Part shown: piece by piece, positions 10,060 to 20,925 of the stretch
Position numbering within the stretch: the stretch's first letter is position 1
Layout: each line of letters opens with the position of its first letter
Assembly (NCBI GenBank): GCA_016215215.1
Contig: JACRKW010000030.1
Location: 1-55,271, forward strand
Source: Acidobacteriota bacterium
GTDB lineage: Bacteria; Acidobacteriota; Terriglobia; Bryobacterales; Bryobacteraceae
Direction of reading: 5' to 3'
Length of the DNA: 55,271 nt
Position numbers and translations under genes: made by a program
Notes under the pieces: model-generated
The model's input: only the letters and a program-made list of their open reading frames with translations
Databases searched by the model: none
Told to the model about the DNA's origin: nothing

Positions 10060-11256
10060 ATGCCATTTGTCAGGACCGAGAGGTCACTGGAGTTGGAAGC
10101 ACGGCTGCGCGCGTTCATGGACGAGTGGGTGTACCCACGTGAGGCTCAGTATTTCTCCGAGAAGCGGACACCCGAGCGCTGGCAGCCCTCAAAGGTGATT
10201 GAGGAGCTGAAACCCAAGGCTCGGGAGGCGGGACTGTGGAATCTGTTTCTGGAGTTGCCGAATCTGGACTATGCGCCGCTGTGTGAGCAGATGGGCCGGA
10301 GTTTCCTGGGGCCGGAGCTGTTCAATTGCTCGGCACCGGACACAGGCAACATGGAGGTGCTCCACCGGTACGGGAACGAAGACCAGAAGCAACAGTGGCT
10401 TGCGCCGCTGCTGGCGGGGGAGATCCGGTCCTGTTTTGCGATGACGGAGCCGGAGGTGGCGTCGTCGGATGCGACGAACATCCGGGCTGAGATCCGGCGC
10501 GACGGCGAGGAGTACGTCATCAACGGGCGGAAGTGGTGGACTTCGGGAGCGGGAGATCCGCGGTGCAAGATTGCGATTGTGATGGGGCAGACCGACCCGT
10601 CGGCGGCGAAGCATCTGAGACAATCGATGATCCTTGTGCCGATGAACACGCCGGGGGTTCGCATCGAAAGGATGCTGAACGTGTTCGGCTACGAGGATGC
10701 GCCGCACGGGCACGGAGAGGTGGTGTTTGAGGACGCGCGGGTGCCGGCGTCGAACCTGCTGCTGGGAGAGGGACGGGGATTCGAGATTGCGCAAGGGAGA
10801 CTGGGCCCAGGACGCATTCACCACTGCATGCGGACGATCGGACTGGCCGAGCGCGCGCTGGAGTTGATGTGCAGAAGGGCTCTGGCGCGAGTGGCGTTTG
10901 GGAAGACTCTGGCCGAGCAGGGCGTGATACGGCAGTGGATAGCCGAGTCGCGCATCGAGATCGAACAGGCGCGGTTGCTGGTGATGGAAGCGGCGGCGAA
11001 GATGGACGCCGGCGGGAACAAGGCGGCGCGGCGTGAGATCGCCATGATCAAAGTGGTAGCTCCCAACGCGGCGCTGCGGGTGCTGGACCGGGCGATTCAG
11101 GCGCACGGGGGAGCAGGCGTGTGCGACGATTTTCCGCTGGCGTACGCCTGGGCGCAGGTGCGGACACTGCGGCTGGCCGACGGGCCAGACGAGGTACACC
11201 TGGAATCTGTGGCCAAGCAGGAACTGAGAAAGCACATGGAGGGAACCAAGCCGTGA
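10060..11256 (+). CDS. Acyl-CoA dehydrogenase (ACAD10/11-like)
   Basis: [42 protein letters not shown]. Confidence 0.95.
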   Translation: MPFVRTERSLELEARLRAFMDEWVYPREAQYFSEKRTPERWQPSKVIEELKPKAREAGLWNLFLELPNLDYAPLCEQMGRSFLGPELFNCSAPDTGNMEVLHRYGNEDQKQQWLAPLLAGEIRSCFAMTEPEVASSDATNIRAEIRRDGEEYVINGRKWWTSGAGDPRCKIAIVMGQTDPSAAKHLRQSMILVPMNTPGVRIERMLNVFGYEDAPHGHGEVVFEDARVPASNLLLGEGRGFEIAQGRLGPGRIHHCMRTIGLAERALELMCRRALARVAFGKTLAEQGVIRQWIAESRIEIEQARLLVMEAAAKMDAGGNKAARREIAMIKVVAPNAALRVLDRAIQAHGGAGVCDDFPLAYAWAQVRTLRLADGPDEVHLESVAKQELRKHMEGTKP

Positions 11257-12327
11257 CACTGACCAGAAGGGGGTTTGCGGGCGCGGGATCTGCCGCTCTG
11301 CTGTTGCGCGGGCAGGCCAGGAGATACCGCACGGCGTTGATCGGGAGCGGCTGGTGGGGCATGAATATCCTGGGCGAGGCGATGGCTTCGGGAGAGTGCG
11401 AGATTGCGGCGCTGTGCGACGTGGATGAGAACCAATTGAGGCCGGCGCGGGGCGATGGTGAACGCGGCGAGGTCAGCCAACCGGGTGGTGCAGGTGGGCA
11501 CGCACAGGCGGGTATCACCACACAACATCAGCGCGATGGAGTTCCTGCGGTCGGGCAAAGCGGGCCGCGTGGGGATGGTGCGGGCGTTCGTGCATTCAGG
11601 TGGAGCCGCGGGTGTGAAGTCGCCGGACTCGGAAGCGCCGGCGGGGCTGGACTGGGACTTCTGGTGCGGTCCGGCGCCGCTGCGGCCGTACAACAAGGCG
11701 ATTCATCCGCGGGGCTTCAGGCAGTTCATGGACTATGCGAACGGGACGATCGGCGACTGGGGCATCCACTGGTTCGACCAGATCCTGTGGTGGACGGAGG
11801 AGAAGTACCCGAAGAAGATCTACTCGACGGCAGCGCGCCGCGTGAAACAGGATAGCAGCGACGCTCCGGACACGCAGGTGGCGACGTTCGAGTTCGAGAG
11901 CTTCACGTGCGTCTGGGAGCACAGGCTTTACGCGGCGAACAATGCGGAGTCGGCGAGCCTGGGGGTGTACTTCTACGGGACTGAGGGCACGCTGCATCTA
12001 GGCTGGCGCGACGGATGGACATTCCATCCGGCGGACCGGAAAAGGCCGGCGATTCACGAGAACCCGACGCTGCACGATCCGGACACGCAGAACATCAAGG
12101 AGCTGTGGGCGGACTTCCTGGGAGCGATCAAGGCTGGGCGGCGGCCGGCGTGCGACATCGAGACGGGGCATCGTTCGACGAGCATGAGCCTGCTGGCCAA
12201 CGCAAGCGTGAAGGCGGGACAGAGCCTGGTGTGGGATGGCGACAAGGAGACGATCACGAACGCTCCCCGGGCGAACGCGCTGCTGTCGAGGATCTACCGG
12301 GCGCCATGGAAGTATCCACAATCGTAA
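11253..12327 (+). pseudogene. Gfo/Idh/MocA oxidoreductase (Tat) with internal deletion and frameshift
   Basis: GTG 11253 frame gives TRRGF...ALIGSGWWG...LCDVD, then jumps near 11447 to another frame (AMVNAAR...DWGIHWFD); usual ATPDHWH/EKP segment absent. Confidence 0.8.
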
Positions 12328-12703
12328 CAAGCCGGTAAGTCGGAGAAAACCCTACCCGCCGGGGCAGCATATTCCCCGTTCATCCATTCGCAGCGACGGC
12401 CCCTGCCGGTGCAATTGAGGCTCGTCCGCAGGCAAGTGGGGCCGTCGAGTCTGCAATCTCCGTTTATTTTCAACGGTGACATTGCTGTCACTTGAGGCTT
12501 GCCGGGCGGCTTGCAGGTCAGCTCGCAGCGGAGCTGAGGCGGGATGGGTCAGGCTGCCGCGCTCGGGGCACTGATACCTGAGGTGAGGCGGAGCTAAGAA
12601 CAAACGCCGATTTACAGACGGCCCCAGTGCTGGCAAACTCTGCAAAGGACGCTGGCCCATCGCTCCATCCACTCGGGGATTGAGCAGCGATGAGCAGACC
12701 AAT

Positions 12704-13891
12704 ATGAAGTGCAGGTTCTGTGGTACGAAAATCGGAGTTTTCGAACGCTGGAGGTATGGCGACTTCTGCACGGAAGAGCACCGCACGGAATTTGCCGAAG
12801 ATCTCAACCGGCTGAATGCCCAGATTGTGAAGGATTTGCGGCGGATCCCGGTGCTGATGAAGCCTCCCGAACCGGAGGTGGAAAGCGACCCGCCGGAGGC
12901 GCCGTTGGTGGCAGAGCCGGCGCCGGCGCCCGTGACGATGGCGCGCGTGAAGGAGTCGCGACAGGAGACGCTGGCTGCAAAGACGCGGAACGGCGAATGG
13001 CGGATGCTGGCGCAAATCGCGGAGTGGGACCAGTTGCCCGTGGCGGCGCTGGCGGCGAGCCGGAAGCGTCAGTCGCGGTTCATCCTGTTGGGCGACGGGA
13101 ATGCGCCTGAGGCCGGCCCAGGGGACAGCCTGACGACAGCCCAATTCGCAGTGTTTCTACCGAGCCCGGAAGCCGTGTCCGGCGGGGGATGGCCGGCGCC
13201 GGGGGGCGCTCCAGCCTGGATCGACGACCAGGGGTGGCGTTGGGTTTCGGAGAGCGCCCCGGCAGCAGCGCCGCGGATGGACACCGTTTTGACGCAAATG
13301 CCGTTGCGGGCGCCGTGGCTCAACTGGGAGTTTGTCGCTCCGGGGCATGGAGCGGGGCGCGGTCTGAGGGGGATGTCGCCTGGATACGGAGTGCTGCCGT
13401 TTATGGGTGAGCCGTATCCGGCGCTGGCGCAGCCAGTACCGGGCGGGTGTGTCCCGCCTGGGCCGATGCAAGCCTCCCCGGCGTGGCTGTTGTTGGCGCC
13501 TCCGCTCTTCAATGCTCTGGTGGACGTGGCGTTCGGACTGGCTGTGCAATGGAGCGGGGCAGAATGTCCGTCACATGCGGCGGACCTGTGGACGGAGCTT
13601 GAGCGGCACCTGCCGCAGATGCACCAGGCGCCCCAATGCAGCGTCCACCTGGTTGACTGCCAGGACGATCTCTCATCCGAGGAACGGGCAGCGGATCACA
13701 ATGGCGCGATGCGGAGGCCGTTGCTGAATACTCTCTGGCGGCGGCAATTGAACATTCCCGCGGCGCTGGGAACAATAGGGCGGCCGCAGGTGCCGCGGCA
13801 GGCTGTGCGCGAAATGCGGCTATCAATCGGCGCTGCGCCGGAACTGCCCCCGGCCAGGGCCGAGGCGTTTGCCAGGAGACGAGCCTACTAA
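12704..13891 (+). CDS. Zn-finger N-terminal, Pro-rich hypothetical protein (N-terminus paralogous to 4189 gene)
   Basis: MKCRFCGTK...GDFCTEEHR. Confidence 0.7.
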   Translation: MKCRFCGTKIGVFERWRYGDFCTEEHRTEFAEDLNRLNAQIVKDLRRIPVLMKPPEPEVESDPPEAPLVAEPAPAPVTMARVKESRQETLAAKTRNGEWRMLAQIAEWDQLPVAALAASRKRQSRFILLGDGNAPEAGPGDSLTTAQFAVFLPSPEAVSGGGWPAPGGAPAWIDDQGWRWVSESAPAAAPRMDTVLTQMPLRAPWLNWEFVAPGHGAGRGLRGMSPGYGVLPFMGEPYPALAQPVPGGCVPPGPMQASPAWLLLAPPLFNALVDVAFGLAVQWSGAECPSHAADLWTELERHLPQMHQAPQCSVHLVDCQDDLSSEERAADHNGAMRRPLLNTLWRRQLNIPAALGTIGRPQVPRQAVREMRLSIGAAPELPPARAEAFARRRAY

Positions 13892-14758
13892 ATGCCGGTG
13901 CAACCTGCCCGAGTCATTTCGATGCCCAGCCGCGAAGCGGAACCTGCGATGGTTGTGCCGGCGATGCCGCCCGTCTGGTTGAAACTGGAAGGGACCGCCC
14001 GGCGGCAGGCCGACATGGAAGTGGAGGCTCCGACCTTGCTCGGCAGGGCGGGAGAGGCGTGGAAGGCGGGGGACCAGGAACAGGCGGAGATGCTGTGCGC
14101 GGAGGCGATACGAGTGGATCCGGCCGCTTGGGAACCACGGTATAACACGGCTCTGATTCTGGAGGACCGAGGACATGTGGAGGAGGCGATCGTCGAGCTG
14201 AAGTACGTCTGCGCGCTGGCTCCGGGGGAGGCAGATCCGCTGCTGCGTCTGGCCTACCTGCTGGAGGGCACAGGACGGGAGGCGGAGGCGAGGTTCTGGT
14301 ACGGACGAGCGTTGGATCTGGACGCGTCGCAATCGACCGGATGGCTGAGGCTGGGCCTGCTGGAGATGAGAAAGAGCCGCTGGCAGGAAGCGCTGCCGTG
14401 CCTAAAGAAGGCGTTTGAGCGCGAACCTTCGGCATGTTACCACCTGGGCTTGTGCCAAGCGATGTTAGGGCAACTGGCAGAGGCGGTGGATACGCTGGGG
14501 CGGGCGCCGCAGGGCGATCCACAGGTCCTGATTGCGCTGGTGGCGCTGTTGCTGGAGAGAGGCGACCTGGAGTCGGCTGAGCAGACCGAACGCAAACTGC
14601 GTGCGGCGGGAAGCGTGCCGGCTGAACTCTCCTACAGGCTGGCGCTGGCGTGGCAGGATCGCGGAGACGAAGAAATGGCACGCACGCACTACCGGCGCGC
14701 CGTGTTGAGCGAGCCGGCGCTGGCGAGCGGGTACTTCGCGATACAATCGCATTCTTGA
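13892..14758 (+). CDS. TPR repeat protein
   Basis: TPR motifs (RYNTA, WLRLG, YHLG, YRLA); abuts upstream stop. Confidence 0.85.
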   Translation: MPVQPARVISMPSREAEPAMVVPAMPPVWLKLEGTARRQADMEVEAPTLLGRAGEAWKAGDQEQAEMLCAEAIRVDPAAWEPRYNTALILEDRGHVEEAIVELKYVCALAPGEADPLLRLAYLLEGTGREAEARFWYGRALDLDASQSTGWLRLGLLEMRKSRWQEALPCLKKAFEREPSACYHLGLCQAMLGQLAEAVDTLGRAPQGDPQVLIALVALLLERGDLESAEQTERKLRAAGSVPAELSYRLALAWQDRGDEEMARTHYRRAVLSEPALASGYFAIQSHS

Positions 14759-15576
14759 AGCACCGCAAGCCTGAACGCCGGCCGGGGCGTGCCTCGGCAG
14801 CGCCTCAGAACCGGATCCTGAAGACGCTGGATCGCGTACTGTCCAAGGCGGGAATCTGCTCGCGCACCGAGGCTCGCGAGTGGATCGTGCGCGGACGGAT
14901 GAAGGTGAACGGCAAGACCGTCCGGGATCCGGAGCACTGGGTGGATCTGGACCGCGACCAGGTGGTGCTGGACGGGCGGCCGCTGCAGGCCGAGAAGAAG
15001 ATTCACGTCCTGCTGTACAAGCCGAAGGGGTATCTGACGACATTCAAGGATCCGGACGGGCGGCCGACGGTGTATGACCTGCTGCAGCGGCTGGACCAAT
15101 GGGTGTTCCCGGTGGGCAGGCTGGATCAGGACACGTCGGGCCTGCTGATCATGACCAATGACACCGATTTCGCCGAGCACGTAACCAACCCGGACCACCA
15201 CGTGCCGAAGACTTACCTGGTGAAGTGCTCGACACTGCTGACTGACGAGCAACTGGAGCGGTTGAGGGGCGGGTTGGAATTGAAGGACGGCCCAACCCGG
15301 CCCGCTCATGTGAAGAGGGTAAGGGATTCGGCGAGCAAGACGTTTTTCGAGATCACGATCACCGAAGGGCGGAACCGGCAGGTGCGGCGGATGGTGGAAG
15401 CGCTGGAGAGCAAGGTGCTGAAGCTGGTGCGGGTGGCGATTGGTCCGATTCGCATCCATGATCTGAACATCGGACACTGGCGGATTCTCACGCACGACGA
15501 GGTGAGGCTGCTGAGGAAGAGCGGGGGCAGAAGAGGGGGCGGGGCAGGTAACCTGCCGGCGGAGGCGGGCACCTAG
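14755..15576 (+). CDS. rRNA pseudouridine synthase, RsuA/RluB family
   Basis: S4 domain (LSKAGICSR), PVGRLDQDTSGLL, EGRNRQVRRM; TTG start inferred. Confidence 0.93.
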   Translation: MKHRKPERRPGRASAAPQNRILKTLDRVLSKAGICSRTEAREWIVRGRMKVNGKTVRDPEHWVDLDRDQVVLDGRPLQAEKKIHVLLYKPKGYLTTFKDPDGRPTVYDLLQRLDQWVFPVGRLDQDTSGLLIMTNDTDFAEHVTNPDHHVPKTYLVKCSTLLTDEQLERLRGGLELKDGPTRPAHVKRVRDSASKTFFEITITEGRNRQVRRMVEALESKVLKLVRVAIGPIRIHDLNIGHWRILTHDEVRLLRKSGGRRGGGAGNLPAEAGT

Positions 15577-16802
15577 GGGATCGATTGAGCTGATGTGCCG
15601 GGCGCCGAGGAGCGGCTGGCGAGGTAGGCAACGGGGGCGGCGCCGAGCGAGGCGAGGGTCATGGCGAGGATCTCGCTGTCGCCGAGGTTGTATTCAAACA
15701 GGCCAGTGACCAGGATGCCGATGAGGACGGCGGCGCCTGCGCGAAGAGCCCAGACCCCGTCTCCGGCGCCGGCACGCAGGGCCGAGAGCCAGTCGCGAAG
15801 GTTCATGACGAGGAACCAGACGAGGGCGAGCATGGCCGGCAGGCCGCGCTCGGCGGCGAAGTGGACGTAGATGTTGTGGAGGTGGCCGTAGTAGCCCTCG
15901 GGGAGCTGCTTCGGGAGATCGGGCGGGACGTATTGAGTGAAATGAGGACCGACGCGTTCAGGGCCGAGACCGAGGAGGGGGTGGGCCTTGATCATCTCGA
16001 TACCGGTGCGCATGGTGTAGACGCGGTGGAGGTTGGAGTCGGTCTGGCCATGGGGCCGGACCAGGGAGACCAACCGCTGGCGCAGGCCCGCAGGTCCGGC
16101 GGCGAACGCGAGCAGGGCGGCAAGAGGGAGCAGGGCCACGGTCCATCGTTTCCACGACCAGAGGAGGTAGACACCGCCGGCCGCGGTGGCAATCCAGACC
16201 CCGCGAGTGAAGGCGAGGACGAGGGCGAGGGCGACGACGGGGAGGCAGGCGATGAGGGCCCAACGTAGGAGGCGCTGTGGCTTGCCCCAGAGGAGCAGAG
16301 CCGCGCCGAAAAGGAGGACGATCATCATCTGGCCGCTGAAGGTCATCCAGTGACTCATGAAGCCGGTGATGCGGTGTCCGACATAGGCGAGGTAGAAATC
16401 CTGACCGGAGTTGGCAGCGGCGGACCACTTGACGGCAAACTGCCAAAGGCCTCGGAGGGCGGAGAGGGTGCCGCCGGCGAGCCAGGCTGCGGCGAGCCAA
16501 CGGACGTCGCGGAGTGAGCGGAAGAGGGACAGGACGACGAAGAGCATGGCCCAGACGTAGAACTTGCGGATCTGGGGGAGGCCGGCGCGCGGCGCGTCGC
16601 TGAAAGCGAGAGAGAGGATGGTCCAGCCGGCGAAGATGGCAAGGGCGGGCCAGTGGGCGGGGAGCCGCCAGCGGAGGCGTCCGGCGAGCATGGCCGCCAG
16701 TGCGAGGCCGAGAAAGGATTGAGAGGCGGCGATGGAGACGGAACTAGTGGCGGCGGCGCCGAATGCGCACCAGAAGGCGGCGTGTTCCCAGCGCGTGGTC
16801 AT
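15573..16802 (-). CDS. O-antigen ligase (Wzy_C) family membrane protein
   Basis: Multi-TM; TRGVW, HPLLGLGP, HLHNIY..ERG. Confidence 0.88.
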   Translation of the reverse strand: MTTRWEHAAFWCAFGAAATSSVSIAASQSFLGLALAAMLAGRLRWRLPAHWPALAIFAGWTILSLAFSDAPRAGLPQIRKFYVWAMLFVVLSLFRSLRDVRWLAAAWLAGGTLSALRGLWQFAVKWSAAANSGQDFYLAYVGHRITGFMSHWMTFSGQMMIVLLFGAALLLWGKPQRLLRWALIACLPVVALALVLAFTRGVWIATAAGGVYLLWSWKRWTVALLPLAALLAFAAGPAGLRQRLVSLVRPHGQTDSNLHRVYTMRTGIEMIKAHPLLGLGPERVGPHFTQYVPPDLPKQLPEGYYGHLHNIYVHFAAERGLPAMLALVWFLVMNLRDWLSALRAGAGDGVWALRAGAAVLIGILVTGLFEYNLGDSEILAMTLASLGAAPVAYLASRSSAPGTSAQSIP

Positions 16803-16848
16803 TGAAGAGTCACACCAGTATGGCAAAATGCGGGTAAGGAGAGATCGT

Positions 16849-17328
16849 TTGGAGATCTACCTGTTGCGCCACGGGATTGCCGAGGAGGGCCGCACCGGAA
16901 TGCGGGACGTCGACCGGCCACTGACCGAAGATGGCAGACGCCGGCTGCGGACGACGCTGAAGCGCGCAAGCGAGGCCGGCGTGAATCCGGCGTTGATTCT
17001 GACCAGCCCGTACCTGCGCGCGAGGCAGACGACCGAGATTGCGTTGAAGATCCTTGCGCCGGGTGCGGTTGTGCTTGAGACAGGCGCGCTGACGCCGGGT
17101 TCGGATCCGGCGGCGGCGTGGGATGAGATCCGGCTGCACCGGGACCACGCGCAGATCCTGCTTTCATCCCACGAACCGCTCTGCGGCTTGCTGGCCGCGT
17201 TTCTGCTGGGAGCGCCCCAGGTGAGGCTGGACTTCAAGAAGGGGGCCATCGTGCGGATCGACGTAGACAGCGCCGGGCCCCACCCGCGCGGGGTGCTGAA
17301 GTGGATGCTGGCGCCGAGGCTGGCTTAG
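16849..17328 (+). CDS. sixA: Phosphohistidine phosphatase SixA
   Basis: YLLRHG, DRPLT..G, TSPYLRARQT, HEP, FKKG; TTG start after AAGGAG. Confidence 0.88.
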   Translation: MEIYLLRHGIAEEGRTGMRDVDRPLTEDGRRRLRTTLKRASEAGVNPALILTSPYLRARQTTEIALKILAPGAVVLETGALTPGSDPAAAWDEIRLHRDHAQILLSSHEPLCGLLAAFLLGAPQVRLDFKKGAIVRIDVDSAGPHPRGVLKWMLAPRLA

Positions 17329-17334
17329 GTCAAC

Positions 17335-18648
17335 TCAACCGAAGGTACGCTTGAGCCAGACGAGGGCCTGATCGCGGGAGGTGACGCGGCCGTCCAACTG
17401 CTCCTCTTCGAGAGCGGTGAGGATTCTGGAGAAGAGCGGGCCGGGCTGATAACCGAGAGCGATGAGGTCCTGGCCGCGGAGAAGCGGCGCGGGGCGGAGT
17501 TGGTCGACGGGGATAGAAGCGCGGCGCTGGGATACGGCGTGCCAGTTGCCGAGCGGGCGCTGGGAGGCGAGAAGATCAAGGCGGTGGAGTTCCAGCAACT
17601 GGTCGAAAACGTCCTGGCGGGCAAAGCGTTTGAACGTGGCGGCGGTCATCTTCAAGGCGTCGGCGAACTTCATGTGCTGGGCGACCATGGAGCACACCGC
17701 CTCGATGGTGGAGGAAGGGTAATGCAGGCGCGCTAGGATCTGGCGGGCGATGTCTGCGCCGAGGCGGTCGTGACCGCTAAAGCGGATGCGGTCCTCGAAG
17801 GATTGTGTGACGGGCTTGCCGACGTCGTGGAGCAGGCAGGCGAGGGCGAGTTCCACAGAAGGACGTTCAAGGCGTTCGAGGAGGCCGAGGGTGTGGATCC
17901 AAACGTCGCCCTCGGGGTGGAACTCGGGAGGTTGGATGACGCCCTTCATCCTCGCGACCTCAGGCAGGATGACGGCAAGGAGCCCGGCTTTGTCGAGGAG
18001 TTCGAAGCCTCGGCGGGGGTGTCCTTCGGTGAGGATGCGCGAAAGTTCGTCGCGGACACGCTCGGGAGAGATGGCAGCGATGTGGGGGGCGCAGCGCCGA
18101 ATTGCGGCCATGGTAGCCGGCTCGATGGCGAAGCCGAGGCGGGCGGCGAAGCGGATAGCGCGGAGCATGCGGAGGTGGTCTTCGGCGAAGCGGTCCATGG
18201 GGTCGCCGATGGCACGGATCAGACGGGCATCGAGATCTGCGCGGCCTCCGACATGGTCGATGACTTCGCCGGTGAAGGGGTTCTCGAGCAGGGCGTTGAT
18301 TGTGAAGTCGCGGCGGGCGACGTCACGGCGGACATCCGATTCGAAGTGGACGCGGTCCGGACGGCGGCCGTCGAGATAGCTTGCCTCAGTACGGAATGTG
18401 GCCACCTGCACTTCGGCGTCTTCGAGTCGAACGAGCATGACGCCGAAGTGCACGCCGACCTCCTGGACGGCTGGGAAGAGGGCGGCGATGTCGGCAGGGC
18501 GGGCGTTGGTGGTGAGATCGAGGTCGTGAACATTCAAACCGAGCAGACGGTCGCGGACGCATCCGCCGACGAGGTAGACCTCGAAGCCGGCCCTGTCGAG
18601 GATGGCGGCAACGCGGTGAGCGGCGGCGGTCTGAGCAGGATGGGGCAC
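17335..18648 (-). CDS. cca: CCA tRNA nucleotidyltransferase with HD domain
   Basis: LVGGCVRD, DLD, RRDFTINAL, EDHLRMLRAIRF, HPEGDVWIHT, LHDVGK; start approximate. Confidence 0.88.
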   Translation of the reverse strand: MPHPAQTAAAHRVAAILDRAGFEVYLVGGCVRDRLLGLNVHDLDLTTNARPADIAALFPAVQEVGVHFGVMLVRLEDAEVQVATFRTEASYLDGRRPDRVHFESDVRRDVARRDFTINALLENPFTGEVIDHVGGRADLDARLIRAIGDPMDRFAEDHLRMLRAIRFAARLGFAIEPATMAAIRRCAPHIAAISPERVRDELSRILTEGHPRRGFELLDKAGLLAVILPEVARMKGVIQPPEFHPEGDVWIHTLGLLERLERPSVELALACLLHDVGKPVTQSFEDRIRFSGHDRLGADIARQILARLHYPSSTIEAVCSMVAQHMKFADALKMTAATFKRFARQDVFDQLLELHRLDLLASQRPLGNWHAVSQRRASIPVDQLRPAPLLRGQDLIALGYQPGPLFSRILTALEEEQLDGRVTSRDQALVWLKRTFG

Positions 18649-18692
18649 TCGGTTTAATCGTAGAATACTGGTCTGGGGCTCGCCCCGCACAA

Positions 18693-20918
18693 ATGGACGA
18701 AGCAACAATCAAGCCATCGAGCACGACGAAAGTGGTGGTGGCCACGACGGTTGCGCTTTCCTTCATCTCGTTCTGGAGGGGCGCATCGATCGTGCTGAGC
18801 GACCTGGCGTCGACGATGTTCTACGTCGGGGGCATCGCGGAGCAGGCGATCGGGAAGTCGGCGCCATGGTTCGTCGTTTCGGTGCTGCTGTTCGGCTTCG
18901 CGATCCGCTCCATCTACCTGGAAAGTTGCGGCATGTTCGTGCGCGGCGGTGTGTACGTGGTAGTGCGGGATTCGATGGGGCCGCGAATGGCGAAGCTGTC
19001 TGTTTCGGCGTTGGTGGTGGACTACGTGCTGACGGGGCCGATCTCCTCGGTGTCGGCGGGGCAGTACCTGGGACGGCTGTTGAACGAGATGTCGGAGTTC
19101 ATGCATTCGCCGTTCCGCCTCAACCCCAACTACTTCGCGGCGTTCTTCGGGGTGGCTGTGACCATCTACTTCTGGCGGCAGAACGTGAAGGGGATCCACG
19201 AGTCGTCGTCGAAGGCGCTGCGGATCATGCAGATCACCACGGTGATGGTGGTGGTGCTGCTGCTGTGGTGCGGGCTGACGGTGATCTTGAACAAACGGTT
19301 TCAATTGCCGCCGCTGCCGACAGTGGGAGCTATGAAGTTTGACTCGACCTCGCTGGGATGGCTGGAGGGGACTTTCTGGCCGACTTTCTGGCCGGCGGTG
19401 CTGCTGATCGGCTTTGGGCATACTCTGCTGGCGATGAGCGGGTTTGAGACGCTGGCGCAGGTGTACCGGGAAATCGCCTACCCGAAGATGAAAAACCTGA
19501 AGATCACGGCCAACATCGTGTGCATCTACGCGCTGCTGGCGACGGGCATGGTGTCGTTCTTCGCGGTGATGATCATCCCGGACGAGACGAGGAAGAACTA
19601 CTACGACAACCTGATCGGCGGGCTGTCGATGAACCTGGTGGGGCCCGATTTGTTGAAGCTGGCCTTCCACGTCTTCGTGGTGATTGTTGGCGCGCTGATC
19701 CTTTCCGGCGCGGTGAACACGTCGATCATCGGCGCCAACGGCATCCTGAACAGAGTGGCGGAAGACGGCGTCCTGACGCCGTGGTTCCGCAAGCCGCATC
19801 ACAGGTTTGGGACGACCTCGCGGCTGATCTCGCTGATTACCGCCGCCCAGCTCATCACCATCGTGTTCTCGCTGGGCGACGTGTATCTGCTGGGCGAGGC
19901 GTACGCGTTCGGAGTGGTGTGGAGCTTCGCGCTGAAGGGGACCGGGGTGCTGGCGCTGCGATTCCAGCGGCATGACCAGGAGTACAAGTATCCGCTGAAC
20001 TTCAAGTTCGGCAAGTCGGAGATCCCGGTGGGGCTGGCGGTGACGACGTTCATGTTGCTGCTGGTGGCCATCGCCAACCTGTTCACCAAGAAGGTGGCTA
20101 CGATCTATGGCGTCAGCCTGACGATTGTGCTTTTCCTGGTGTTCACGATCTCCGAATTGCTGAATGCGCGGGCGCGCAAACTGGTGGAAAAAGGTCACGC
20201 GCTAGAGGAGTTCAACCTGGAGCACCAGGCGCAGGTGGATGCCGGGAACGTCCACGCCCGGCCCGGCTGCGTGCTGGTGGCGGTGAGGGATTTCCGGCAC
20301 ATGGACCACTTGAAGCGGGTGCTGGAAAAGACGAACCTGAGGCGCCACGACATCGTGGTGATGACGGTAAGGCCGGTATCGACCGGCGCCGGCGAGTACG
20401 ACCTGGCGGAGGAGCAAATGTTCTCCGTCTACGAGCAAGAGCTGTTCTCGAAGGTAGTGGAACTGGCGGAAAAGGAAGGCAAGCCTGTGGAGTTGCTGGT
20501 GGTACCGGCGACCGACCCGTTTGTGGCGATGGTACTAACGGCGCAGAACCTGAAGGCGTCGCGTCTGGTGACCGGGGTGTCCAGAGCGATGGCGAGCGAA
20601 GAACTGGCCCGCCGGATCGGATTGGCGTGGGAGAATCTGCCGGAGCCGAGGCAGCCGTTCTCACTGGAGATTATCGCCGCGGACCGGCCATCTGCGTATG
20701 TCAATCTGGGGCCGCATCCGCCGCGGCTTTGGCCGGAAGACGTGGACCGGCTGCATGAGATCTGGCTGAGGCTGACGTCACGAGAAGGCTTCGGCTCCAA
20801 TCTGCATCACCGCGATGTGGTGGGTGCGGCGCTCAGGCGTCTGGAGAAGGAGATGGATACGGAGGCGAGGCGGGACGAGGTGCTGGAGGAATTGCGCCGG
20901 GAGACACGGAAAGGCTGA
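18693..20918 (+). CDS. APC family permease with C-terminal soluble (USP-like) domain
   Basis: About 12 TM helices, GGVY, SGFETLAQ, LGEAYAFGV. Confidence 0.88.
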   Translation: MDEATIKPSSTTKVVVATTVALSFISFWRGASIVLSDLASTMFYVGGIAEQAIGKSAPWFVVSVLLFGFAIRSIYLESCGMFVRGGVYVVVRDSMGPRMAKLSVSALVVDYVLTGPISSVSAGQYLGRLLNEMSEFMHSPFRLNPNYFAAFFGVAVTIYFWRQNVKGIHESSSKALRIMQITTVMVVVLLLWCGLTVILNKRFQLPPLPTVGAMKFDSTSLGWLEGTFWPTFWPAVLLIGFGHTLLAMSGFETLAQVYREIAYPKMKNLKITANIVCIYALLATGMVSFFAVMIIPDETRKNYYDNLIGGLSMNLVGPDLLKLAFHVFVVIVGALILSGAVNTSIIGANGILNRVAEDGVLTPWFRKPHHRFGTTSRLISLITAAQLITIVFSLGDVYLLGEAYAFGVVWSFALKGTGVLALRFQRHDQEYKYPLNFKFGKSEIPVGLAVTTFMLLLVAIANLFTKKVATIYGVSLTIVLFLVFTISELLNARARKLVEKGHALEEFNLEHQAQVDAGNVHARPGCVLVAVRDFRHMDHLKRVLEKTNLRRHDIVVMTVRPVSTGAGEYDLAEEQMFSVYEQELFSKVVELAEKEGKPVELLVVPATDPFVAMVLTAQNLKASRLVTGVSRAMASEELARRIGLAWENLPEPRQPFSLEIIAADRPSAYVNLGPHPPRLWPEDVDRLHEIWLRLTSREGFGSNLHHRDVVGAALRRLEKEMDTEARRDEVLEELRRETRKG

Positions 20919-20925
20919 GCTGCGG

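Noticed and set aside
12328-12700. Long intergenic region as ncRNA or riboswitch
   Set aside because: No recognisable conserved motif by eye; needs an Rfam search
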